A stretch of DNA of 64,000 nt, from the NCBI GenBank assembly GCA_017450465.1, contig JAFSUW010000012.1:4035-68034 (forward strand). The letters are read 5' to 3'. A program made the translations under genes and the position numbers. Shown here in pieces: positions 19,401 through 28,649 of this stretch. Under the pieces are notes generated by a model. It saw only the letters and a program-made list of their open reading frames with translations, was not told the DNA's origin and made no database searches. Numbering within the stretch: the stretch's first letter is position 1; every line of letters begins with the position of its first letter. Origin of the DNA: Clostridia bacterium (GTDB taxonomy: Bacteria; Bacillota; Clostridia; TANB77; RGIG9151).

Positions 19401-20033
19401 TTATTCTTCATTATCGTAGTTGATGTGAAACGGAAGCTCGAACAAGTCATCCTTAGATATTAAGTTTTCAAGTAAAGCGGTGAAGGGCATAATCAGTACA
19501 AAGATTATTGTAAGTGAAATGTCAAACCAGATTGGTAATCCCCACATGGCTGTAAAAAAAACAAATAGTGCAAAAGGGATGGCTAGCCGGATTATTTTGT
19601 CGAGTATTGTAACAAAATAATACCTAAATATGGCATCTTCGTTTTCGAGTAGCTTAAGGTTAAGTTTTCGAACGATGTTTGTAATAGCGGTGTAGATAAG
19701 TGGAATCGTAATAAACAAAATCGAACTTTTTGCTGCAACGATACTTAAAATTGCTAAAACAAAGAACATAGCTCCAATTGCTGCACAACATATGATGTCA
19801 TCGCTTGCGGTGGTGGATTTGCTTTTCAAAATAGCTCCTACAATCAAATTTACAATGTGGCATAAAGTGATGAAAATCAAAAGTTTACTGATAGAAACAT
19901 CAAAGTAAATGCATAGTATATGAATCTCACAAAGAAGTAGTGTGATGTAGGTAAAGTACGAAGTCGTATCTCCAAGTATTAAAAGTACAAGTCCGTCATA
20001 CCAACGGCCAGCTATTTTTTTTATTGATTTCAT
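19401..20033 (-). CDS. Hypothetical polytopic membrane protein with the same architecture as 18729-19391. Start moved to the ATG behind an AGGAGG RBS.
   Basis: Similar helix layout and an acidic tail 'DDLFELPFHINYDNEE'. caggaggcaactATG at 20033. Confidence 0.5.
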   Translation of the reverse strand: MKSIKKIAGRWYDGLVLLILGDTTSYFTYITLLLCEIHILCIYFDVSISKLLIFITLCHIVNLIVGAILKSKSTTASDDIICCAAIGAMFFVLAILSIVAAKSSILFITIPLIYTAITNIVRKLNLKLLENEDAIFRYYFVTILDKIIRLAIPFALFVFFTAMWGLPIWFDISLTIIFVLIMPFTALLENLISKDDLFELPFHINYDNEE

Positions 20034-20151
20034 AGTTGCCTCCTGAAAAAAATCAAAGAGAAATCTGAATTCCTGTGTGGCTTCTTTTTTGTATACATAA
20101 TACCTTAAAATTTTATCATTAAATTGGGATTTAGTCAACATAATTTAAGAC

Positions 20152-20183
20152 AAAAAAAGATACCTACGGGTTAGTAGGTATCT
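20152..20183 (-). terminator. Terminator after the DUF1858 gene
   Basis: agatacctac/gtaggtatct hairpin with a T-run on the minus strand. Confidence 0.6.
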
Positions 20184-20195
20184 TCTTAAGGTTAA

Positions 20196-20393
20196 TTACT
20201 TATTCATTTGACTTAAAATTTCGTTTACATCAACACCATGAACAGCACATGCTTCTTCTAAAGTTTCCATTTGTGCTGAAGGGCAACCAAGACAGTGCAT
20301 GCCCATATTTAAAAGAATAGGTGCAACATCTTCACGAACTTCTAAAATTTCGCCAATTGTCATATTTCCAGTTATTTTTTCCATCAAATTCAA
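20196..20393 (-). CDS. DUF1858 (hybrid-cluster-protein-associated redox disulfide) domain protein
   Basis: 65 aa: 'TIGEIL...P.L...GMHCLGCP.A..ETLEEAC..HG'. Confidence 0.7.
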   Translation of the reverse strand: MNLMEKITGNMTIGEILEVREDVAPILLNMGMHCLGCPSAQMETLEEACAVHGVDVNEILSQMNK

Positions 20394-20517
20394 CTCCTTT
20401 AATTAAACTGTAATTAGTATACAACAAATTAAGAAAAATATAAAGAGTTTTGTAGAAACTTGTTGTTTGTATTTCATAAAAAAAAGTGATAGACTATACA
20501 AAAAGGGGGAAATTATA

Positions 20518-20988
20518 TTGAGTTTTGATATAGATTTATTATGGGAAGTAGAAGAAGAAAAAAATATAGAGGAGCTAATTAATAAAGTAGTAGGCGAAGC
20601 TTTGGCAGAGGAAAGTGTAGATTGTAATGTTGAAGTAAGTATTGTTGTAACAGATAATGCAAGAATAAAAATTTTGAATAATAAGCATAGAAATATAGAT
20701 AGAGAAACCGATGTGTTGTCTTTTCCTGGATATGAAAAAGATGAGTGGGAAGAAATAAAAAAGACAGATGAATATGCAATATTGGGTGATATTGTAATAT
20801 CCAAAGAAAAGGTTATAGAACAAGCAAAAGAATATGGCAATACTTTTGAACGCGAATTTGCATATCTACTTACTCATGGTATGCTTCATTTAATGGGTTA
20901 TGATCATATGATTGATGAAGAAAAAATGGTTATGAGAAAAAAAGAAGAAGAAATATTAAACAAACTTAATTTATCCCGTGAAAATTAA
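20518..20988 (+). CDS. ybeY: Endoribonuclease YbeY. TTG start behind a GGGGGA RBS; the ORF track ATG at 20467 is less likely.
   Basis: 'THGMLHLMGYDH' zinc motif and 'TDVLSFP'. Confidence 0.85.
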   Translation: MSFDIDLLWEVEEEKNIEELINKVVGEALAEESVDCNVEVSIVVTDNARIKILNNKHRNIDRETDVLSFPGYEKDEWEEIKKTDEYAILGDIVISKEKVIEQAKEYGNTFEREFAYLLTHGMLHLMGYDHMIDEEKMVMRKKEEEILNKLNLSREN

Positions 20989-21017
20989 ATTTAACAAGGT
21001 TAAGGAGAAAGTCTATA

Positions 21018-23165
21018 ATGTATAGAAAAGGACAAAAAGAACTAATAACTACATATAGAAATGGTTATTGTGGAGTGCCTGCAATTCCTGGTGGAGGAAA
21101 AACTTTTGCACTTACTAAATGGGTAGTAGAAGCAATAAAGGAAGGAATAAATAAGCCAGGTAAAATATTAATAGTTACATATATGAGTTCGGCGGTTAAT
21201 AATTTTAAGCAAAGAATATCGTCAGAACTTGAGAAACTTGGTATAGTCTCAAAGGATTATTTTGTGTGCACTATACATAGTTTGTGTATGCAAATAATAA
21301 AAGAAAATCCTGATATAGTTTTGTTAAACGAAGAGTTTAATGTAATTGATCAATCAGAGCAAACGGCTTTGATAAAAGACGCCATTAATGGTTGGAAAAG
21401 GCGAGGAGAGAATAAAAGATTATATGATTATTATTTAGATGATAATATCCTTGCAAGTGAAGGTTATGATAAAATCGCAAAGAAATGGGAGAAAGATTTT
21501 GCAAATATAGTAAGTAATGCAATATCTGAATTTAAGAATAATGAAATCTCATCGACAAAAGCCATCGAATTAACTTCAAAATTGCCTATAACATCGTTTT
21601 TGCGTGTGAGCGCAGAAATATATAGAGATTATGAGTATAAATTAAATAAACGCGGTTTAATTGATTTTGGAGATATGTTAAGTAAGGCAAAACAGATACT
21701 TACTGAAAATAAATCAATACTCGAAAAATTTAAGAAAAAATATACATATATTTGTGAAGATGAAGCGCAAGATTCTAATAAACTACAGACGGATATATTA
21801 AAATTAATTGCCGGCGAAGATGGTAATTTTTTAAGGGTTGGTGATAGTAATCAAGCGATAATGACTACTTTTGCTAATAGTGATATGAAATTATTCAAAG
21901 AGTTTTGTGAATCACCTAACACAAAAGTATTTAACATCGTACAATCTAGTAGAAATATTGTACAAATAATAAATGAGGCAAATAATTTTGTGAGGTTTGT
22001 TCGTGAAAATCATCCTGTAGAAGAGTGTAAAGAGTCGCTACTTCCACAGTATATAGAACCAGTAGATGAGGACGATGATTTTCCAAACCCCAAAGTAGAT
22101 GGCAATGCTATTTTTAAGGCAGAGTATAAAAAAGCGGACGATGAGTATGAAGCGATTGCAAAAGAATGTGAAAATTTATTAGAGAATTTTAAAGATAAAA
22201 CAACTGCGGTATTATTACCAAATAGGTTTAAGATTGAAAAATTATTAAATGTTTTTGATAGCAAAAAAATAAAATATGAATATTTAGATAACTATGCTGG
22301 AGATCGTAATGAATGTTTAGTAACTTTAGGCAAGATTTTAGATTTTGTAGGTCAGCCAGAAAAAAATGAAAAGCTAGTAGAAGTAGTAAAGATGTTTATA
22401 TCCGATGAAGAACCATTAAAAGAAACTTTGTTTAATTATTTACAGGAAGAAAAAGTTGAAGAAATAATGTATCCAATAAGCGGCAACATAGATTTATCAA
22501 AAGTGCCAGAGGAACTATTAGAAAGTGATTTATGGAACGAGTTTTTGAGGATTCGAGATTTATTACTTGAGTTTTTAGGTTTCCCTTTTACATTGATGGA
22601 AAAGCTAGTTTTGTACATTGCCGAACGATTAAATTTTTCGATGGAAAACATGGCAATAGCACAAAAAGTTGCATCAACAGTAAGGTTTATGCTTGAAGAA
22701 GACCCAAGATATAAAGTAATAGATTTAGCAGCAGAACTGCTTAACCCTAAAAATTCATTTAACTTTTTTGCAAATTTAGTTTGGGAGTTAAAAGGATATG
22801 AAGCAAAGCCAGGAGTGGTTACCGTTGCTACATATCATAAATCAAAAGGTCTTGAATGGGACAATGTATTTTTAGGCGACTTGTGCAGTGAGGATTTCCC
22901 AGCAAGTTTAACAGATAAATTTAAAGACGAAGTAGAGTACTTAAAGGCAGAATGCAGTAATCCAAGCCGTATGTTAAAAGAAGATATGGCAAAGATTTTA
23001 AAAGTAAATGACAAAATAGATTATAAAAAACAAGCAAAATTAGAGGTGATAGGAGAAAGAGCACGACTTTTATATGTAGGTATAACGAGGGCGAAAGAAC
23101 GTCTTTATATTAGTACAGTTAAAAATTCTAGAACACGCCCATCGATATACTACGATGTTTTGTAA
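21018..23165 (+). CDS. UvrD/Rep-family superfamily-1 helicase
   Basis: Walker A 'AIPGGGKTF', motif II 'ICEDEAQDSN', 'VATYHKSKGLEWDNVFL', 'LLYVGITRAKERLYIS'. Confidence 0.8.
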   Translation: MYRKGQKELITTYRNGYCGVPAIPGGGKTFALTKWVVEAIKEGINKPGKILIVTYMSSAVNNFKQRISSELEKLGIVSKDYFVCTIHSLCMQIIKENPDIVLLNEEFNVIDQSEQTALIKDAINGWKRRGENKRLYDYYLDDNILASEGYDKIAKKWEKDFANIVSNAISEFKNNEISSTKAIELTSKLPITSFLRVSAEIYRDYEYKLNKRGLIDFGDMLSKAKQILTENKSILEKFKKKYTYICEDEAQDSNKLQTDILKLIAGEDGNFLRVGDSNQAIMTTFANSDMKLFKEFCESPNTKVFNIVQSSRNIVQIINEANNFVRFVRENHPVEECKESLLPQYIEPVDEDDDFPNPKVDGNAIFKAEYKKADDEYEAIAKECENLLENFKDKTTAVLLPNRFKIEKLLNVFDSKKIKYEYLDNYAGDRNECLVTLGKILDFVGQPEKNEKLVEVVKMFISDEEPLKETLFNYLQEEKVEEIMYPISGNIDLSKVPEELLESDLWNEFLRIRDLLLEFLGFPFTLMEKLVLYIAERLNFSMENMAIAQKVASTVRFMLEEDPRYKVIDLAAELLNPKNSFNFFANLVWELKGYEAKPGVVTVATYHKSKGLEWDNVFLGDLCSEDFPASLTDKFKDEVEYLKAECSNPSRMLKEDMAKILKVNDKIDYKKQAKLEVIGERARLLYVGITRAKERLYISTVKNSRTRPSIYYDVL

Positions 23166-23192
23166 ATAATATGCAGTTAGGAGGTAAAAAAA

Positions 23193-25793
23193 ATGAATGA
23201 ACAGAAATTTACACAAAAAACACTTGAAGCACTTCGTGATGCACAGCGTCTTGCAATAGAACATAACAATATGCAAATAGAAGAAGAACATTTAGCATAT
23301 GTTTTAGTAGATGAAAATAGTGATTTGGTAAGAGAATTATTCAAAAAAATAGGCGTAAGCGATACTTTTAATAAAAAATTACTTGAAACAATTGAAAAAA
23401 TGCCAGGTGTTACAGGTCCTGGACGTGAACCAGATAAAGTTTATGTTTCAAAAGATGTAGACGATGTATTAAATTTGGCCGAAAAAACAGCAGATAAAAT
23501 GAAAGATGAATATGTATCTGTAGAACATTTGATGTTAGCAATAATAGATAAGCCAAATAAAAATATGAGAGAATTATTTAATGAGTTTGGTATAACGAAA
23601 GATACATTTTTACAAGCTTTGATGCAGGTTCGTGGTAACACGAGAGTTACTAATGAAAATCCAGAAGAAACATATAATGTGCTAAAAAAATATGGTACAG
23701 ATTTAGTAGAACTTGCACGTAAACAAAAACTTGATCCTGTAATTGGTAGAGATGAAGAAATAAGAAATGTAATTAGAATATTATCTAGAAAAACTAAAAA
23801 TAACCCAGTTTTAATTGGTGAACCTGGTGTTGGTAAAACAGCTATAGCAGAGGGCTTGGCAATCCGTATAGTTAAAGGAGATGTGCCAGAAAACCTAAAA
23901 AATAGACAGGTATTTTCTTTAGATATTGGTTTACTTATTGCTGGAGCCAAGTATAGAGGGGAATTTGAAGAAAGACTAAAAGCAGTTTTAAACGAAATAA
24001 AGAAAAGTGAAGGCAAGATATTATTATTCATTGATGAACTTCACACAATAGTTGGTGCTGGTAAAACAGATGGCGCAATGGATGCTGGTAACTTATTAAA
24101 ACCAATGCTTGCAAGAGGAGAACTTCACTGTATAGGTGCAACAACCTTAAATGAGTATAGACAGTATATAGAAAAAGACCCTGCATTAGAGCGCCGTTTC
24201 CAACCAGTTTTGGTGCCAGAGCCATCGGTTGAAGATACGATATCAATCTTAAGAGGATTAAAAGAACGTTATGAAGTATTCCATGGTGTAAAAATTCAAG
24301 ACCAAGCATTAATTGCTGCGGCAACACTTTCAAACAGATATATATCTGATAGATTTTTACCAGATAAAGCAATTGACTTAGTAGATGAAGCTTGTGCAAT
24401 GATTTGCTCAGAAATGAATTCTATGCCAATAGAACTTGATGATATTAGAAGAAGAATCATGCAACTTGAGATTGAAGAACAGGCCTTAAGTAAAGAAGAG
24501 GATAAGATTTCTCAAGAACATTTAGGAGAAGTAAGAAACGAACTTACCGAATTAAAAGAGAATTTTAATGCATTAAAAGCAAAGTGGGAAAACGAAAAAG
24601 AGGCAATTGTAAAAGTTCAAAAAATTCGTGAAGAATTAGAAAAAGTAAATGCAGAAATTGAAAAAGCAGAGCGCTCTTATGATTTAACTAAAGCGGCTGA
24701 ACTTAAATATGGAAAACTTCCAAAACTAAAAAAAGAACTTGAAGAAGAAGAAAAAAAGGCAGAAACCGCTGAAAAAACCAGTTCGCTTTTACGTGACAAA
24801 GTAACTGAAGAAGAGATTGCAAAAATTGTAGCGCGTTGGACAGGTATTCCAGTAAATAAGCTAATGGAAAGCGAAAGAAGTAAACTTCTTCATTTAGATG
24901 ATATTTTGCATCAAAGAGTAAAAGGACAAAATGAAGCAGTAAAGAAAGTGGCAGAAGCAATACTTCGTTCAAGAGCAGGAATCCAGGACCCAAATCGTCC
25001 TATAGGTTCATTCTTGTTTTTAGGCCCTACAGGTGTTGGTAAAACCGAACTTGCAAAGGCACTTGCTGAAGCATTGTTTGATGATGAGAAAAATATGATA
25101 CGTATTGATATGACTGAATATATGGAAAAGCATGCGGTATCAAGACTTATCGGAGCACCTCCGGGATATGTTGGATATGATGAGGGTGGTCAGCTAACAG
25201 AGGCAGTAAGACGTAAACCATATGCAGTTGTATTATTTGATGAAGTAGAGAAGGCACATCCTGATGTGTTTAATATACTTTTACAAGTATTAGATGATGG
25301 AAGAATAACCGATTCGCAAGGTAGAACAGTTGATTTTAAAAATACTATTATAATTCTTACTTCAAACTTGGGTTCAAATTATATACTAGAAGATATAAGC
25401 GAAGATGGTGAAATAACTGATGAAACAAAGAAAAATGTAGAAGCATTATTGAAGCAAAACTTTAGACCAGAATTCTTAAATCGTCTTGATGAAATAGTGT
25501 TCTACAAACCACTTTCAAAATCTGAGATTTCAGAGATTGTAGATTTGTTATTAGATAGGTTAAGAAAGCGTCTTAGCGATAAACAAATTTCGCTTGAAGT
25601 TACAGATAATGCAAAGAATTATGTTATAGAAGGCGGATACGATGTGGTTTATGGTGCAAGACCATTAAAAAGATTTATTCAGCAGACTATTGAAACAGAA
25701 ATTGCAAAGAAAATAATAGGCGAAGATATTGCACCAGGAACAACACTAGTTGTTGATTATGTTGATGGAAACTTAGAAATAAGGATTAAGTAA
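23193..25793 (+). CDS. clpB: Chaperone ClpB
   Basis: 866 aa with a Clp_N repeat, two AAA+ modules ('GEPGVGKTA', 'GPTGVGKTE') and a long middle coiled coil. Confidence 0.95.
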   Translation: MNEQKFTQKTLEALRDAQRLAIEHNNMQIEEEHLAYVLVDENSDLVRELFKKIGVSDTFNKKLLETIEKMPGVTGPGREPDKVYVSKDVDDVLNLAEKTADKMKDEYVSVEHLMLAIIDKPNKNMRELFNEFGITKDTFLQALMQVRGNTRVTNENPEETYNVLKKYGTDLVELARKQKLDPVIGRDEEIRNVIRILSRKTKNNPVLIGEPGVGKTAIAEGLAIRIVKGDVPENLKNRQVFSLDIGLLIAGAKYRGEFEERLKAVLNEIKKSEGKILLFIDELHTIVGAGKTDGAMDAGNLLKPMLARGELHCIGATTLNEYRQYIEKDPALERRFQPVLVPEPSVEDTISILRGLKERYEVFHGVKIQDQALIAAATLSNRYISDRFLPDKAIDLVDEACAMICSEMNSMPIELDDIRRRIMQLEIEEQALSKEEDKISQEHLGEVRNELTELKENFNALKAKWENEKEAIVKVQKIREELEKVNAEIEKAERSYDLTKAAELKYGKLPKLKKELEEEEKKAETAEKTSSLLRDKVTEEEIAKIVARWTGIPVNKLMESERSKLLHLDDILHQRVKGQNEAVKKVAEAILRSRAGIQDPNRPIGSFLFLGPTGVGKTELAKALAEALFDDEKNMIRIDMTEYMEKHAVSRLIGAPPGYVGYDEGGQLTEAVRRKPYAVVLFDEVEKAHPDVFNILLQVLDDGRITDSQGRTVDFKNTIIILTSNLGSNYILEDISEDGEITDETKKNVEALLKQNFRPEFLNRLDEIVFYKPLSKSEISEIVDLLLDRLRKRLSDKQISLEVTDNAKNYVIEGGYDVVYGARPLKRFIQQTIETEIAKKIIGEDIAPGTTLVVDYVDGNLEIRIK

Positions 25794-25795
25794 GT

Positions 25796-25837
25796 AAAAA
25801 AATACGGTATGGAGGTTATCCATACCGTTAATTTTTT
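25796..25837. terminator. Bidirectional terminator between clpB and the DUF3006 gene
   Basis: A-run, acggtatgg-aggttat-ccataccgt, T-run. Confidence 0.7.
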
Positions 25838-25840
25838 AAC

Positions 25841-26050
25841 TTACTTCTTGAAGAGACGCCTCATCTTTTTTTCGAGGCGTTCCTCGATTGCATGAATGTT
25901 GACTCTGGTGGCGATACCGTCTTCGATGTCGAAAGCATCACCCTCTTTGGCATCTGCGGGGAAGATGTCGCGGCAGAAAGTGCAAATTTTCCGCGTTTTC
26001 GAGTCCTCACAGCGAGCAACCCCTTTGTCGAAACTGTCGATGATGTACAT
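25841..26050 (-). CDS. DUF3006 domain protein
   Basis: 'YIIDSFDKGVARCED.....F....FPADAKEGD.F' pattern. Paired with an MBL hydrolase, as is usual. About 50% GC. Confidence 0.7.
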   Translation of the reverse strand: MYIIDSFDKGVARCEDSKTRKICTFCRDIFPADAKEGDAFDIEDGIATRVNIHAIEERLEKKMRRLFKK

Positions 26051-26051
26051 G

Positions 26052-26978
26052 TTATTTACCCTCCCATGTAACTTTTATTGTGTTTCCATCTGACGTTACG
26101 ATGATTGTGCCGAGCATATCCGTTCTGTAAACAGATACACCATATTTATCAAGCGTGTCGAGTGTTACCTGACACGGATGACCATATTTGTTGTCTATGC
26201 CACAGCTTATAATCCCAATCTTTGGTGCCACTGCTTTTATAAAGGCGGCGGATGAAGAAGAATCAGAGCCGTGGTGTCCAACTTTTAGTACGTCGGATTC
26301 AAGTGTAAGACCAGATGACAGCATGGCTTTTTCGTTATAAGTTTCTGCGTCTCCAGTAAACATGAAACTATTGTTGCCGTATTCAAGGCGAATAACGACA
26401 GAGCAAAGGTTTAATTCATCTGGGGGAGAGTTCATAACGGAAAGAACAGTGAAGTTAGCAGCGTCAAATGTAAATGTATCACCAACTTCTACCTGCGTTA
26501 TTCTTTCGTTCTTTGCGTCGATAGAATCTAGCACCGATTCAAAAGTGTTGGTGGTGGTTTTCACATTTGGCAAAATAATAATATCTGCGTCAAAAGCATC
26601 AATAACATCGTCAAGCCCACCAACATGATCTTCATGGGGATGAGTCCCAATAATATAGTTTAATTTTTCTATTCCTTGATCTAATAAATAATCTACTACT
26701 AAATCGCCATCACCATTGTTACCTGCATCAATTAGCATTGAGTTATCGTTTAATGTAATAAGAATTGAATCTGCTTGACCGACATCAATGTAGTGAATTT
26801 TAAGTTCGCCCTTTGAATCGAATGGATGCTCATCGATTGTGTAAATGTGGATTTCAGGTTCTGGCAGAAACGAGTTTAAGATGGAGTCTAGTATCGATTC
26901 AACGACAGGGGCAAAAACGATGCAAAGCACAACTATGATTATAAACCATATGAGCTTGCGTTTAGTACTTTTTTTCAT
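26052..26978 (-). CDS. Membrane-anchored metallo-beta-lactamase-fold hydrolase (ComEC C-terminal-domain-like)
   Basis: N-terminal TM helix, 'HPHEDHVGG' motif, 'KVGHHGS'. Confidence 0.8.
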   Translation of the reverse strand: MKKSTKRKLIWFIIIVVLCIVFAPVVESILDSILNSFLPEPEIHIYTIDEHPFDSKGELKIHYIDVGQADSILITLNDNSMLIDAGNNGDGDLVVDYLLDQGIEKLNYIIGTHPHEDHVGGLDDVIDAFDADIIILPNVKTTTNTFESVLDSIDAKNERITQVEVGDTFTFDAANFTVLSVMNSPPDELNLCSVVIRLEYGNNSFMFTGDAETYNEKAMLSSGLTLESDVLKVGHHGSDSSSSAAFIKAVAPKIGIISCGIDNKYGHPCQVTLDTLDKYGVSVYRTDMLGTIIVTSDGNTIKVTWEGK

Positions 26979-27203
26979 TGTTACCTCCGTGAAAAATAAC
27001 TCTTGGATACGTCCGCTACGGTGTAGCTAAATGTGCAAAAACACATAAACATTATTATATCACGAAATAATTAAAATGTAAACTAATAATTTGAATGTTT
27101 GTCGTTTTGTTCCGGCGAAAGAAGGGACGGGGGTATTTGACACGAATAGGGTAAAATAGCCCCGGCCCATTGAACGCATTTCCGCCTTTGGCGGATAATG
27201 CGA

Positions 27204-27228
27204 GTGGCGAACATTGTTCGCCACTACA
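27204..27228 (-). repeat. TGTAG + G-rich hairpin element (inverted orientation)
   Basis: Reverse complement reads tgtagTGGCGAACaatGTTCGCCAc. Confidence 0.5.
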
Positions 27229-27287
27229 AGCTTGCGGGTGTTTCTAACTTTATTTCTCCACCATAAACAATATTTTGTAAAAAACTA

Positions 27288-27315
27288 TTGACAAAATTTT
27301 TAGTCGCGATATAAT
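27288..27315 (+). promoter_or_regulatory. Sigma-A promoter of the YtrA-type operon
   Basis: TTGACA, 16-nt spacer, TATAAT. Confidence 0.65.
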
Positions 27316-27325
27316 AACTATATCA

Positions 27326-27350
27326 AGTGTTATAGTACAGATATAACACT
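27326..27350 (+). promoter_or_regulatory. Inverted-repeat operator, candidate autoregulatory site for the GntR/YtrA regulator
   Basis: AGTGTTATA, 7-nt spacer, TATAACACT, lying between the -10 and the RBS. Confidence 0.55.
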
Positions 27351-27368
27351 AATGAGAGGAGGGATATT

Positions 27369-27746
27369 GTGATACAAATCGACTACGCAAACAGCGAATC
27401 TATTTACATACAAATAAAAGAGAACATCAAAAAATTGATATTAAGTGGTGGATTAAAACCTGATGAAATGATACCTTCGGTAAGAAGTTTAGCATCTACA
27501 CTTGCAATAAATGTTAATACAGTCCTTCGAGCATACAAAGAACTTGAACTAGAGGGGTATATTTATTCAGTTCAGGGGAAGGGAAATTTTGTATCTGGCA
27601 ATAATAATAGTTTGAAAGAAAAAAGTGTAGAAGATTTCAAAGAAAAACTTGGTAAATTAGTAAAAGAAGCAGATTATATAAATATTACATTAGAGGAATT
27701 CATAAATATGGCAAAAGAATTGTACAGTGATAAGGAGGAGAGATAA
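27369..27746 (+). CDS. GntR-family transcriptional regulator, YtrA subfamily (GTG start)
   Basis: 125 aa with a wHTH ('PSVRSLA..L.INVNTV.RAY.ELE.EGYI') and a short C-terminal helix pair. Confidence 0.85.
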   Translation: MIQIDYANSESIYIQIKENIKKLILSGGLKPDEMIPSVRSLASTLAINVNTVLRAYKELELEGYIYSVQGKGNFVSGNNNSLKEKSVEDFKEKLGKLVKEADYINITLEEFINMAKELYSDKEER

Positions 27747-28649
27747 ATGATAGAAGTAAAAAACTTGACCAAAAAATTTGATTCTTATGCTGCACTTGAT
27801 GACTTAAGTTTAAGCGTAGAAAAAGGTTCGATTTATGGTTTAGTAGGCCCAAATGGTGCGGGTAAAACAACGCTTATGAAAACTATCATGGGGATATATA
27901 AGGCAGATGCCGGAGAAATTTTAATAGATGGAGAAAATGTATATGAAAATGTTTCATTAAAAGATAATACTATATACATTTCTGATGAGTTATATTTTTT
28001 CAATAACTTTTCAATAAAGCAAATGAGTGAACTTTATAAAGGTGTGTATAGTAATTGGAGCGATGAAAGATTTAATAAACTTAAAGAAGTATTTGATATT
28101 GATATAAAAAGAAATGTAGATAGATTATCTAAAGGTATGAAAAAACAAGTCGCTTTTTGGCTTGCACTTTCTGCAAGACCAAATTTACTTATACTTGATG
28201 AACCACTCGATGGACTTGATCCAGTAATGAGAAGAAAAGTATTAAATCTTATGATGCAAGATGTTGCGGATAATAATCTTACGGTTATGATATCTTCACA
28301 CAATCTACGTGAACTTGAAGATATATGTGACCATGTAGGAATTATGAATAAAGGTAAATTAATGCTTCAAAGAAAGTTAGATGATATGAAATCTGAAACC
28401 CATAAAATACAAATTGCATTTAAAGGTGGAGTGTTCCCAGAGGAATTTGCAAATAAATTTAAGATACTACATAAAAGCCAGTTAGGGCAGGTATATTCAA
28501 TAATCTTAAATGGTGATAAAAATAAAATAGAAAGCGAACTTAATAAATATAATCCAATTATTATGGATATGATACCACTTACTCTTGAAGAAATATTTAT
28601 ATATGAACTTGGAGGTGAAGGCTATGAAATCAAAGAAATCATTCTTTAA
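27747..28649 (+). CDS. ABC transporter ATP-binding protein
   Basis: 'GPNGAGKTT', 'LSKGMKKQ', 'LLILDEPLDGLD'. Confidence 0.85.
   Translation: MIEVKNLTKKFDSYAALDDLSLSVEKGSIYGLVGPNGAGKTTLMKTIMGIYKADAGEILIDGENVYENVSLKDNTIYISDELYFFNNFSIKQMSELYKGVYSNWSDERFNKLKEVFDIDIKRNVDRLSKGMKKQVAFWLALSARPNLLILDEPLDGLDPVMRRKVLNLMMQDVADNNLTVMISSHNLRELEDICDHVGIMNKGKLMLQRKLDDMKSETHKIQIAFKGGVFPEEFANKFKILHKSQLGQVYSIILNGDKNKIESELNKYNPIIMDMIPLTLEEIFIYELGGEGYEIKEIIL

Noticed and set aside
23441-24031. Long antisense ORFs inside well-supported genes. Examples: 23441-24031(-) in clpB, 40414-40938(-) in the DUF4116 repeats, 43630-44100(+) in the SLH-protein repeats, 4775-5326(-), 20403-20840(-) and 3380-3805(-).
   Set aside because: They lie opposite genes with clear family motifs. 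Their translations are low-complexity (Ser/Leu/Ile/Phe-rich), as expected for shadow frames in AT-rich DNA, and they lack RBSs. I treat them as non-coding.
27110-27250. The GC-rich structured segment as a riboswitch or leader for the MBL operon or the YtrA operon.
   Set aside because: The candidate promoters of both divergent operons (about 27055-27085 on the minus strand; 27288-27315 on the plus strand) point away from it, so it is not in either 5' UTR. It does not match any riboswitch core I can recognise.
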